A DNA stretch of 64,000 nt from the NCBI RefSeq assembly GCF_009914755.1, contig NC_060926.1. One strand, given 5' to 3'. The stretch comes from the human T2T-CHM13v2.0 reference genome, Homo sapiens. Shown one piece after another: positions 1-16,786 of the stretch. Below the pieces are notes generated by a model, which was given only the letters and a program-made list of their open reading frames with translations, had not been told where the DNA came from and did no database searches. Position numbers and translations under genes: made by a program. Within the stretch, counting starts at the first letter, position 1. Each line of letters begins with the position of its first letter.

Positions 1-159
1 GTTCTGCAACTTCCTGTTCTTGCTGCCTTCCTAAACGTCCTCATTCCCTGAGGTCTGCCTCTGGAGCCCTCCATCTCTATTCTCCCCCTAGGAAGGCAGT
101 CAGCTTCCCTCACACAGGTTTACTTGCACCTGTAAGCTCTACTTCTCCATCCTGACCTG

Positions 160-2830
<2,671 letters not shown>

Positions 2831-3666
2831 GGCCCACAGTGTCAAAAACAAATCCCAGACTTCTCCTCACCTACTACCCAGCACCCCTGTTTCCTTTGGT
2901 GTTACTGTCCTCCCAGCCACAGCACTGGCCATCTTGATTTTTCTCTCTGCTAACCATCAAGACCTACTGGTTTTTCCTTCCAAGTGCTTTCAACCCAACT
3001 GTTCTTTTCTCATGCTTTGTACTCTTCCAGGCCACAACCTCATCACATCTAGACTGCTGGCCCAGCCTTCAGTCCCGCAGCTCCATTCCATCTGTAAAGG
3101 CATCGGATTCCTCTGCTCAGACTCCTTCAAGGGCACCCCCATCCACTACCAACTGCAGCCAAACTCCTCAGCTTCACGATCTGGCCCCTGTGCTCTTGCC
3201 AATTTGAAACTGGAAAGTGGCCTGGCTGTTTCACTTGCATGTCCTTGATTGTGATGGCTGGACAGTTTTTCACACATACACTGGCCATTTCTATCTCTTT
3301 GGTAACTTGCCTGTGCACTACTTTGCTCATTTTCATACTGAACATTCATATTTTCTTATCGATTTACAAAAGCTTTTAATATTATTGATCCTGTGTCATT
3401 TATATACCTCAAATATTTTTCTCAAGTGTGTTGATTGGCTTTTACTTTTGTTTATGGTCTTTATTGATATACTAGAGTTTTAAATTATGCCGCCGTAAAA
3501 TCGGATTTTGTTATTATGCTTAGGAAATCTCTCCCTACCCAGAGATTATAAACAGTTACATATGTTTTCTTTCGATACTTGTGATTTCCTTTTTTTAAAA
3601 TTCCAGAATATTTTTTAGAATTAAGGGCTTTAAACAAATAGCCCTAATACCATAGACTGACAATGA

Positions 3667-4487
<821 letters not shown>

Positions 4488-4784
4488 TAACCCAGCTAGA
4501 AATTTTTGGTGTGCATGGTGTGATAGGAATTTTTAAAAACCAACTTTCCATTATAGACATTTTCACACATGTTCAAAAATAGAGAGAGTATTATGATGAA
4601 CTCCTAGGTACCCATCATCCAGCTTCAAGAATTCTCAACTCATGGCCAATTATTTTTCATCTGCACACTACTTCCCTGCGTCACACTTGCCCTGTCCCCA
4701 CTATTGGATAATTTTGAGCAAATCCTAAATATCATATTATTTCATCCATAAATACCTTAGTATATGTGAGACAAGCCTTAACTT

Positions 4785-5077
4785 TCTTTTTTCTTTTGGA
4801 CAGAGTTTCGCTGTGTCTCTCAGGCTGGAGTGAAGTGGCGCAATCTTGGCTCACTGCAACCTCCACGCCCTGGGTTCAAGTGATTCTCCCGCCTCAGCCT
4901 CCTGAGTAGCTGGGATTACAGGCGTATGCCACCAGGCCCAGCTAATTTTTGTATTTTTAGTAGAGGGGGGTTTCACCATGTTGGCCAGGCTGGTCTTGAA
5001 CTCTTGACCTCAGGTGATCCACTTGCCTCTGCCTCCCAAAGTGCTAGGATTACAGGCGTGAGCCACCACACCTGGCC
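4785..5077 (-). mobile_element. AluS with TSD (TTAACTTTCTTTT)
   Basis: Full antisense Alu with a flanking direct repeat. Confidence 0.93.
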
Positions 5078-5119
5078 AAGATTTAACTTTCTTTTTTTTT
5101 AAAAAAATGATATGTAGTA

Positions 5120-5417
<298 letters not shown>

Positions 5418-5479
5418 TGGTGTGTAGTAATTGTTTCAACATCACCATCCTTTAGGTATATTAAAACCCAAAATGTAGC

Positions 5480-5548
5480 CTTGAGAAGTAAATCCAAAAC
5501 ATGGTTCTTTGAAAAGACCAGCAAAATAAACAGCTCTCTGGCAAATCT

Positions 5549-5610
<62 letters not shown>

Positions 5611-5850
5611 GGAGAGAGGGAGAGAATGCATTTATATATAACACATGGGGGAAAAAAAAAGATAACTGCTGGCACAGAGAAGATTTTCTTAAATTACTAC
5701 CAGGTACAACTCTTGGCCAAAATTTTTGAAAATCTGGGTAAACTGAATGCTTTTCTAGGAAAATATAAATTATCAAAATTGACTCAAGAAGAAATAGAAA
5801 ACTTGAATAGACTAATAACTATAGACAAAACTGAAGAAGTTGGCAAAGTG
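5480..5850 (+). mobile_element. Old L1 ORF2 fragment interrupted by (GA)n
   Basis: Translations SKTWFFEKTSKINSSLANL and FLGKYKLSKLTQEEIENLNR are L1 ORF2-like. Confidence 0.85.
5553..5625 (+). repeat. (GA)n microsatellite
   Basis: About 25 perfect GA units, then degenerate. Confidence 0.97.
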
Positions 5851-6819
5851 ACCAGAGATATTCTAGAGTTCACACACATACAGAACTGTTCAAGAACAAG
5901 GATATTCTATAATGTATGGTGAGCCTGGTGTCAGGGTATCTGTGTGTATCTGTTCATCCTAACTAAGTGCTGGTCCTTCCTGTGGGGGGCATCTTTCAGG
6001 GCCCCAGAAGTAGCCAGCCTTCTCCCCACCCTGCCCTCTCTCACCATACACTTTTGAAGTGCCCCTTTTTGCCTCACAGCATCCTGCTAGCCAGGCTGCC
6101 AGACAGCAGGGGAAGGGGAAAGTCTGGGGGTATCAGCCTGTGGATGGATGTGTAAGGTGGAGGAGGAGAGGGACTTCTGGGGTCCAGGTGCCTCTTCACC
6201 CCAGGCCAGCCCTCCTCCACAGTTGCCCTCCATCTGCTGGAGCTGAGGAGTGACTATAAATCTTAGGAAAATTTTTGTCTAGATTTATGCACCTCCTAAG
6301 CGTGAGCCTGAAGCTTTGCTTGAATGCAGGCAAGAGGGCAATAAAGGCAGGGGGAGGTAGGACAGCAGGAAAAAGGAAAACAGAAGTGTTGTTCAAATTT
6401 CATCACAGGTCTGTACTATGAGCACCATGACAGAACAGTTGAAGATTTTCCTTTGCATTCTTGTGTCCCCAAATCAGCAACCTCTGCAGCCCTAAGACTT
6501 GCCTCCTTTTTTGGCCTGGCCCTGCCTCCAGACCTGTGATGCTCCTCGTATCTGAAATGCCTATCTCAAGCCTACTCTCTTTCAAGTCCTCATCAAGGTT
6601 TTCTTTGGATAGAAGGATTCTACAGGCTGAACTAATCAGAGGTACTTTTTTTTTTTTTAAGGCTTACAGGTATGTGAGTCTTACCTCTTCAAACAAGACC
6701 AACCATCTTAAGATGTGTGTCTTCTGTAGCTCCTGTTTCCTGTCACATTCTCACACATTGGCTTTGCCAGCAACACAGATCATCTTGCATTTCTATGGCT
6801 TCCACCATCATGTGGTCAC

Positions 6820-7385
6820 TGATAGTCCCTGCAGTGGGCATTACGATTTTCATCTGCTCAGCAAGTCTTCTTCACCTTTTGGTAATAGCAACATCTCATC
6901 CTTTCTTTAGTGAGCTGCCCCTCTGTACTTTATGTGGTTGTGGCCGGGTTGTCAATCCTAGTAGGTGGGCACATGACCCAGGCCTGGCTAATCACAGTAT
7001 TTCTATCTTCTTGGCCACAGTGATTGACCCAGGGTTGAGCACATTCCTCAAGCTGAGCCAACAGAGTCCTCTATTGGGAGTTTATATGAAAGATAAAGTA
7101 GTCCTCTTGTCCCTCTGGGATCCCATGCTAGGACAGTGAAGCTGTCTATGGCCTTGTGCAACCTCCACCCATCACATGGAGAAAGCCCATGCATGGTGGG
7201 GAACAAGGTGGCAATACTCAGAGGAAAGCTGAGCCAAGAGCTGTAAAGTCCTCACCACATCTGTGAGGACCTAGGTGTCTAAGACTCATTCATTTCCCTT
7301 CTTTCCAGTTATATGAATTGGTAAATTTACTTAAAGTAGTTCAGGCTGAATTTCTGTCCCTTGCAATCAAGTGTCCTAACTAATA
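6820..7385 (+). mobile_element. MLT1-type MaLR LTR
   Basis: GGGCACATGACCCAGGCCTGGCTAATCA motif and TTTCTGTCCCTTGCAATCAAGTGTCCTAACTAATA end. Confidence 0.7.
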
Positions 7386-7429
7386 GTCTCCCAAATCTGC
7401 ATTTCTAGCCTAGATTTCTCTCCTAAGCT

Positions 7430-8965
7430 CTATTCAAACACGAATTTATTCTATATCTATTTACTGAGTACCTACCCTGTGCCATGAGCTATACCAGGTG
7501 CTGTGCTAGGTTTGTTGAGGACAAAGACAAACAAGATCCAGTCCTGGCCTGCAAACAGTTTGTTGTCTCCCAGGGCTGACTGAGGTGTTAGAGTATACAA
7601 TTATGAAATAAACATTATGCAAGAGGCAGGCACGGGATTCTACACTTAACTTGAGGAATTGGGGGACTGGGGAACCCCCAGAGGTGGTGGCATCTAAGCT
7701 GACTCTTGAAGAGCAAAATATAATTGCCAGGTGAGGAAGAGCAATTATGAGGTTGGGGTAGGAGAAGAAAGACAATCGGAGCACATGAAACAGCATGTAT
7801 AAGGGCAAGGAAGTGAGAAAGAGTATTCCTCCTTCAGGGAACTAAAATGTAAGCTCCTTGAGGATAGAGACATTGTATATCTCAATCACTGCTGTTTCTC
7901 CAACACTTCTAACAGTGCCTGGCATGGGGCAGGTGCTCATGGGGTAGTGTTTGTAGAATGAATGAATGGCAAGGGCTTGATCAGATTTACAGTTTAGAGA
8001 ACAAAATACAGAGAGCCAAGGTCAGGAAGAAGGTTGTTGGAACACCGGAAGTGGAAACTATTAACCACGGTAGCAGGAGTGCAAATGGGGAGAAGGATGG
8101 ATATGGGAGCAATTAAGGAAGGAGAGTCAAGAAGGCCTGGTGACAGAATGACTGTGGCAGGTAAGAAAGGGAGGACTCAAGGATGAGGCTCGGGTTTGGG
8201 TCTTAAGCAACTGGGGAGATGAGGATGTGACTCAGTAAGGAGGAAAAATGGAGGAAGGCAAGTTTTGAAGGGAGATAATTTTGGCTGTGGATTCCATGAG
8301 GTTGAGGTTCCAGTGGGCCGTGGAAGTAGAGATATTCAGTACATGAATTGCAACACGGAGCCAAAAATACAGTTTTGGCAACTTAAGGGTAAAAAGGAAA
8401 GTATTTAATCAATGAGCAAGTCCAAGGGAGAGGGCTCAGAGAGAGGGGAGCTGGGGGAAAAGATGGACCCTCAGAGAGGCAGAAGAACAAAGAGGTTCCT
8501 AAGAACCAGCAGCAGAAATGGGAGTTCTGGCAAGGAATGTTAGGGAAGAGAGGATGTCCAGGAGAGGAGTGAGCAACAGTGGAAATAATGTTGAAAACTC
8601 AAGTAAGAGCAGAAGAGGGAAGGGCCCACTGGGGACTTTCAAGACTGCTGCTTTGATGGGCCTGGCTGATGTGGGCTGAGGAGTGAGTGAGGTAAGGACG
8701 TGAGGAGACAATGAGTGAATACAAGAAGCTCAACTGTGAAGAGGAGGAGGCAGCATGGGAGAATCCAGAAGCAGTTTCTAAGATGGGAGTGACCTGAACA
8801 TATTTAAATGCTTCTTAAGGCTAACCTAATTTTACTGTATATCTTCACTTCCGCAGGCCCGAGGCACGAATAATTCAATGCCTTAGACCTGAAATGTATA
8901 ACAATTCTTTTTTAAAAAATGCTTCTTAGAAGCAGCCAGTAGACAGGGAGAGGATGAAAAGGGTG
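7430..8965 (-). mobile_element. L2 LINE fragments
   Basis: Purine-rich antisense L2 pattern starting at TTTACTGAGTACCTAC...GTGCTAGG. Confidence 0.65.
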
Positions 8966-10374
8966 CTATTTCAATGTTGGCGGCTCAAAGCTTAACGTGA
9001 CTAATACTGAACTCACAATGCCCCAACACCCGCCTTCAAACATTCTTTCTCATGGCTCCCATCTCAACCAATACCCATGTTATATACTCAGCACCCTGGA
9101 TAGCGACCCCCCCTGCCCCCGCCCCTCAACCCCAAAACGCCACCCTGGCAAGCCATCTCAGAATTCTCAGTCCCCCTCAGATCTCATCAATCACTGATTT
9201 TTGTCCACACTAACTTCTAAATATTTGATTTTGTCTACTTTTCCTAAAGCCACTTCCCCAGTTCAGACCTATATCCCCTTCTATCTGGACCACTGATATT
9301 GTCTAACTGGAGTCTATAAATCTCCCAGCTTTGAATTCTCACAGCTTCCAAAGTTTTCTGCATATATTGATCCAGTCATGTCACTTTTATTCTAAAAACA
9401 TTTCAGAAGGCTGGCCATCTTCTGAGAGGTGACATCCACCCAGGCTTGCCCACCCTCAAGACTGGCTGGAATCTAACCATCCCTGAGCTCCGCCCACTCT
9501 AGCTTTTGTCTCTGCTTCTCTCCCATGTGTGTTCTTAGGGTGCCCTACAAGATTTTGCTCCATGGGGAAATGCCAAGTCTAGGCTCATGCTGGTCCCTCT
9601 TCCTGGGACTCCTGGGCCTGAATTCTGCAGGCCCAGCTCAAATGCTACCTTTTCCATCAAGCCTTCCTTGACCTCTCCCTCTACAGCTCAAATCACATCA
9701 CTGCATGAATCACTCCTTACTGCACCTCTTCAAGGATGTGGTAGCAGACATCACATACTGATAATCATGGACATGTTTGCACATCAAATACCTCCTAACA
9801 CATACACTGGAAGCAGAGACAATACAACTGATTCATCCTAACACACAGTAGATATCAGTATGTTGTTAGAGGAATCACACTGAATAATGGAGAAATTGAT
9901 TGACTTCATGTAACCAAAGCAATTTCCACCACTTGTTATCATGGAACTGGATGAACTGGTTACAATTAAGTAAATCCAAGAATCACCTTGAATAACAGGT
10001 GGCTTCCTGGTTCTGCTGGTCACCTACTGGGAGGTAAGAGCTTGCTGTGTCTTCTCAATGCTGCAGCTTTGCTCTAGCTGAGCTCTTAGGCTTAGGGCTT
10101 GTCTGCTTCATTCCATTTTATCCACCCAGCAAACGATGTCCAGCACAAGGCCCATGTTAGGCACTGGGTACACATAAATGAATGAGAGTTGTGCCATTAG
10201 GGTGCCTGTAGTTTAACAATCAAAACAGTGAATACTTATCTACTAATGATTCTGGTCAGACATCATGCTATTCACTTGGTCCTCACAACAATGCTGCCAA
10301 GTAGGTGGTACTGCTTCCATACTAGGATGAGGAAACTGAGGCTCAGTGTCCAAATCACTTGCCCAAGGAAGGCC

Positions 10375-10850
10375 TGTAATGGACTGTTGCTTTGGTGGTT
10401 CCCAATGAGACATGCCTCCCAGTATTCCTGTCCTTATGTGCTCTCCTCCCACACTGACTCAGGGATTGGCCATGTGACTTGCTTTGGCCAACTGGACATT
10501 TGCAAGCCTGATGCAGGCAGAGGCTCCATCAGCAGTAACTTAGGACTTGTCCTCTTGGAATACTCCCTCTTGGGATCCAGCTGCCACATAAGAAACTTGG
10601 GCTAGACTAGCAAATGATTAGATGCCATGTGTATTAAGACCCTGAAGAATGAGAGGCTATTTTGATGTCCCTCTCCTGTTAGGCTCTCAACATAATGCAG
10701 CTGTGTGAGAGTCTACGTGAGACCAGCAGGGCCCACAGCCACAGACACAGTCACAGCTGACCCACAGACCATGAAGGAATAATAAATCGCTGTTGTTTTA
10801 AATCCAGAAATTCTGGGGTGGTCTGTTACAACCTAATGAATAACTAAAAC
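10375..10850 (+). mobile_element. MLT1-type LTR inserted in a MIR
   Basis: GGCCATGTGACTTGCTTTGGCCAA and AATAAATCGCTGTTGTTTTAAA...GGGGTGGTCTGTTAC motifs; MIR sequence on both sides. Confidence 0.75.
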
Positions 10851-10986
10851 CATGATAAACTAGGATTTGAACCCAGTACTACCTGACTACCAAAGCTCAT
10901 GCCCTTGGTCTCCACATTGTGTTCCTTCTGATTGAGAGTGGAACATCATACTAACAGTGTAATACACACAGGTTGGCCCATGGTAG

Positions 10987-11301
<315 letters not shown>

Positions 11302-11428
11302 TAAATGAATGGATAAAGGGTATGATAGGCCACTAGAGAGGTAAAGAGATCTAGGGAATTCAAAGGCAGGATGGTAATTACTTTTCAACAACCATCACCC
11401 CCTTCCCATTACAAATATTCCAAAACAA

Positions 11429-11816
<388 letters not shown>

Positions 11817-12879
11817 TTAAATTCAGATCAGGCAAAATTGAGAAGGTAATAGAGTTTGTTTTCTGGTGGCCCTGCCTCCCGGTCCCCACCTCCCCATCAC
11901 ATTCATGGCATCTTCTCTCTTCATCCCACTTGGCCTTCAGGGCCCAACAGTTCTTTCCCTCTCTTTCCATATAAAATCCACATGCAGAAAAGGGGCTGAG
12001 AAGGTGGAAATTACAGAAATGGGGAAGGAAGGTTTGGATGTTAACAGATGGATTTACAAGCCAAAGAAATGAAGCTCTAAGCTCGGTACTTTTAGGAGGC
12101 ATCTGCCAGCAGGTGGAGGTATCCTAAGGATGGGGGAGGCAGCCGGAGTTGTCCCCATTATACCCCTATTAGGCCCCTGTGGGTGGGGAGTAAAGGAATG
12201 TCCACTGCCTCTATAAATCCCTCTGAGTCCCCCAAGAAGGCTGGGGCTCTGGCTCTCCACACCTGTGGCTGTGGCCCCAACATGTATACCTCCCAGAGTA
12301 GTCACTCCAGCCTGGCGAAGACCCTCAGGGGTCAATGCATCCAGTCCTCTGCCTTCTAGCAGCCCTGGCACTGCTTTTTCTGTTCTAAGCCCTGCCTTAC
12401 TCTCCTGCTCCTGCAAACAGGCATACACCTCCCAAGGTCACACACAGGCTCCAGAACCTGGATCCCATACCCAGAAAACCATCTGGGCCCCTCGCTGCAG
12501 AGAGACCTAAGGAGAGAGCAGGCCCACACAGTACTCGCTGGCCGACTGTGGGCAGTGCACACAGGCCCCGTGTCACACACACTCACATGCAAGGCAATGC
12601 GGAGGGGCGCACACATTCAGAGACACTGTGAGCACTGTCACCAGTACAGGCACTGGATGTGAAGAGACAGACACATGCGTGCACACACATGCACACCTCC
12701 AGACTATCACACGTGCACACCGGCACGCACAGACACCCGCACAGGTGCCCAGCCAGGCCTCAACACCAGGCCCCTCCCCCAGCCCCTCAGAAACCGGTAG
12801 GGAGGGTTGGGGTTTCAGGGCGCTTCCCCTCCCCCCTCCCTCTGGCCCCTGTTCTCCAAGGTCCAGAGTCCCAGTGGGG

Positions 12880-14100
12880 TTCTGGAGCCCGCCCCCGCCC
12901 CAAAACCTGGCTCAGGGAGCGACAGGCGAGAGGGGGGAGGGGAAGCCTGGTCTCGAAACGTTCTGATTTTAATTTCTTAAATTAACCCCTTCCCTGCCTC
13001 TGGTCTGGCCTGCCCAGAATCCCTCCCCGTTGGGCGGCCTCGCGGGCCTCCGGAGGGCTGTGAAGGAGCCGGAAGGGGAAGAAGGGACAGTGGCTGGGGT
13101 CCTCCCTCCTTCCCTCTCCGGGAGCAGTCCCGCAGCGTGCCCGCGACTCGCCCTTACCTCCTCCACCCCGCGGCGAGGCCAGGCCCAGCGGCCCAGGGCT
13201 GGGGACGCAGAAGAGCCCCCGCGTGCCCGGTCCAGACGCAGGGCCGCCTTGGGGCCTCGGATCTCGTTCCCCTCCGCAGCCTTGGGTGGCCGCCGCGGCT
13301 AGCGCCCCCGCCTCCCTCTCGGGGCGGGGGCGGCCGAACCTCCCAGCCAGTCGCAGCGGGAGGGGCGCACGAACCCGGCGGGAGGAAGGATGGAGGAGGA
13401 GGAGGAGGAGGAGGGGGAGGAGGGGGCGCGCGGGCCGAGGAAAGCAAGGGAAGGGGGAGGGAGGCAGCACCGAGGTGGGGCGGAGCCGGCCCCTCCTCCG
13501 GGGCGGGCTCTCCAGTGAGCTGGGGAGCGGCAGATGCGCCCAGCAGCGGCTGCGCCGGGACCCCACGTTTTCCGCTCAAGGTGGTTTCGATGGGGGAGGG
13601 GTCTTCGGCGCCGCCCTAGGGGTGTAGGGATGGCTCGCGCCGCGCTCCTCCCGGGTCCCAGTCTTCCCGGCTCCCGGCACCGCCCAGTGCATTCCCCGCC
13701 CTGGGCACCTCCAGCTGTGGCTTCTGTTGCCCACCTTGAATCAGGGCCTCTCCGCCCTAACCCTAGCACTCTGGCTTGGGCCTGCTTCCACGCGGGGGCA
13801 AATCCGGGGGTGGGTGGTTCTGTGAATCCGGAAGGGGGCGGGCGCAGGCGCTACTCCTGAGACATGCGCCACGGTCCCTAAGCGGCCTCATGGGCAGCGC
13901 GCCTGGGTCGTGCACTCGGCGACCTCGGGTCAGATGCTTGGTCTCCGCGGAGACCGCCTGGGATGATCCCCTCTGGGCATTCCTAGGGAACCCGCGGAAC
14001 TGCTGCTGGACCCCATCCGGAGACCCAATTCTGCTCTTAAAGAGCCGCCTAGGAACACGTGTACCCATCACAAATCCCATCCCGGACCTAGAGGAGGAGG
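12880..14100. promoter_or_regulatory. CpG island promoter with GC boxes and a (GGA)n tract
   Basis: Dense CpG; several GGGCGG sites; GGA repeat at about 13392-13425. Confidence 0.9.
13158..13450 (-). other. FBXO41: Non-coding first exon, probably of FBXO41; intron 1 runs off the left end of the window
   Basis: Donor GAG|GTAAGG at 13158|13157 inside the CpG island. Identity is inferred from recalled synteny with EGR4; no FBXO41 coding sequence is visible and the TSS is approximate. Confidence 0.65.
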
Positions 14101-14350
14101 AAAAGGCCTCCAGGTCCCTGGTTCCCTCCTACCCACTCCCACCATTTGGCTAAGATAGCAGCCAGGCTTCTTGGGACTGGAGCACCTAGACGGCCCCACC
14201 TTTGGCCTAAGGCCTACCAAGCTGGTGAGGCAGAAACAATCTGGCTGTCGTACGCTTGGAGGAAGTCCACAGGGCTGCAGTGGGGCTGAGAAACCACACA
14301 GGGTTTGGAGGCAACCAAGGCCAGAGCAGAGCTGAGGCTTGGATGAGAAA

Positions 14351-14479
14351 AGGGGGAAGTGTTATTTCAGCCTGAGGGTGGTGCTTGGGTAGGGCTGTGC
14401 ACATGTGCCTTGAGGGGGAAGTGTTATTTCAGCCTGAGGGTGGTGCTTGGGTAGGGCTGTGCACATGTGCCTTGAGGGG
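14351..14479. repeat. Perfect 62-bp tandem duplication
   Basis: 14351-14412 is identical to 14413-14474, followed by AGGGG microhomology. Confidence 0.97.
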
Positions 14480-15179
14480 CAATCTGGTTGCAGGAGAGCA
14501 GAAACCCAACTTAGTCCCAGGATTCCAGTAACTCGGGCTCATGGGAATTCTCTTTGACCCCCATCCCATTCCTGTGAAGGCAGAGGCATTGGGACATTCA
14601 GTATCAGGAAGGATAATTTGTAAACTTGTCAGTGGCTTTGGGGGAATGGCAAACTTAATAAGGACAGAGGCTGTACAGTGGCCAATCAGGTTGAATTCCC
14701 CCTCTCTCGATCTTCTCTTCCTCTCTGTAGCTCCTGAATTTCTTTCCTCCTCGCGGAGGTCTTCTGAGATTGGACAAATGAGAAATCACTTTTCCTAATA
14801 CCCAAACGATAACAGCTCCTATTAACCAGGCACCAAGCATCATGCTAATAATTTTTATGCATATCATTTGCTCTTCCTAATATTATTATTATCCCTACTT
14901 TGCAGATGAAGACGCTAAAATTCAGAGCTCAACACATGGCATAGTCAAGACTTGAACTCAAGTCATCAAACTCCAAAGTCTATGCTCAACCACAGTGCCC
15001 TCCTGCCTTCTCTGCTATAATACAGTCCACTGGACCTTCACATGTCAAAATGCAGATTCCCCAAATCCATCTGCTCTTGCAGATGGCCAAAAATGTCCAT
15101 ATATTGTCTTGGTTTCACCTTTGTTGTGATGTTTCTCCTCACTCTGTGCATCCTGTGAATGTGTCAAAACAATTTGGGA

Positions 15180-15420
15180 CATGCATGGCTATGTATGTGG
15201 GTGCTTTTGTGCATGTGTGCATGAGTGTGTGGATGTGTGTGTGTATGCAGGTGTACACTTGTGCATATGCAAGTGTACATAGGTGCATGTGTGTATCTGT
15301 GAGCACATGCATGTATGTGTGGGTAAGAGTTCATGCATGTGTATTTGCACCTGTGTGCATGTGTGTGCGCATATGTCTGTGAATGTATGCATGTGTATTT
15401 GTGCGCCTGTGTGCCCATGC
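15180..15420. repeat. Degenerate (TG/TGCA)n low-complexity tract
   Basis: Alternating purine-pyrimidine sequence. Confidence 0.9.
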
Positions 15421-16644
15421 TACATTTCACAGACAACAGTTCCTGCTTGGTTGTTATGGGAACCACAGTTCTAAAAATGTTAAACTGAATCCCACTCCAT
15501 GTGAACCAGAGAAACCAAAAGAGAGAGAGAGCTCAGTGACGGAGACACCTCTGGGGTCCCAGAGCTGAGGCAAAGAATTGTGGGCTCAGCAAGAGCTGGA
15601 AAGACCCAGACTAGCCAGAGGTGTAGACCCACTCATGAGGCCTATGGTGCCTATCAGGGCCCCTTGCTGCAGACTCGGTCCTCAGTCCTGCTTTTTCCCA
15701 TCTTTCCCTCCTGATCCTTTCTCCTCCCTCTCTCTTTGCCAGCTTCATGCTCTCCAACCACCTTCCTTCCCTCCTCCTTCCCCTTTCTGTTTCCCTTCTC
15801 CTTTTGGGTTTTTTTTGTTGTTGTTGTTCAACTAATTGACACAATAATTAAGCACTTTCATGTTAGACTTGGTGATATGGGGACCACACATGTGGATCAA
15901 ATGAGGTTTCTGCCCTTGAAGGTGCTCAAAGGTGGGAGCATTTGGATAACTGGTGGGGGAAGGGAGGTGGCAGAGCAAAGCACAAAGGGAGAGATGACAG
16001 AGGAGGTTGGAAGGTGAATTTGGATCAGATATAGAGGGCTTTCACAGCAAGGGTGAAAAATAGGTATTGTTTTTATAGGAGGGTGGAAACCTTGGTCAGT
16101 TTGGGATGAAGCTCTTGTTTGTTGTGAATGGTGTATTAGGAAATTTTCATCATTAATGCTGGGCAATGTGGAATGAAAGAGGCATAATGGAGGCAGAGGG
16201 ACCACAGGACGCAGTTTGGCATAGTGTAGGCTTGTCTCAAATAGGGTACAGGAGTTGGGGTGAAGAGGGAGAAAATAGCAAACATTCTGGGTTGCTTTCT
16301 CAAACTTCCCCCCCATATCCCACCTCATCAAGATTTGTATTACTTTTTCCCACCTTTCTGGTGTGAGAATCAGGACTTGAGTGAGCCTCTGTTACTGATG
16401 TGTGTGTCGAATTTCTCAGGTGCCCCAGGAAGTAAAATAGTTGGGAATCACTGGCCCAGCATGTAGTAGCACTCAGTATCTGTGGAGTGAGTGGATATTT
16501 AGATATGCACTGGTCTTGGAACTGGAAGGCCCAGGTTCAAGGCCCATTTCATTCTCTTATTATCTGTGTGCCCTTCAGAAAATCCCCAACATCTTGGGCT
16601 TCAGTATTCTCTTCTATAGAGTGTGGGTTTGGACAGGATGTTCT

Positions 16645-16786
16645 TTTTAAAAAAATACTTAAAAAAATAGAGACAGAGTTTTGCCATGTTGCCCAGGCTG
16701 GTCTTGAACTCCTGGACTCAAGCCACCTACCCGCCTTGGCCTTCCAAAGTACTGGGATTACAGGCGTAAGCCACCATTCCTGGCCT
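16645..16786 (-). mobile_element. Alu left monomer (FLAM/AluJ-like) with TSD GGACAGGATGTTCTT
   Basis: Monomer flanked by GGACAGGATGTTCTT on both sides. Confidence 0.85.

Noticed and set aside
6646-6680. Plus-strand 8-nt microexon-like pattern (T-tract-AAG|GCTTACAG|GTATGT)
   Set aside because: Antisense to the host intron, not a multiple of 3, and no plus-strand gene supports it.
12969-14153. Many Pro/Gly/Arg-rich ORFs in the CpG island
   Set aside because: Open in several frames on both strands because of GC content; low complexity, no homology recognised.
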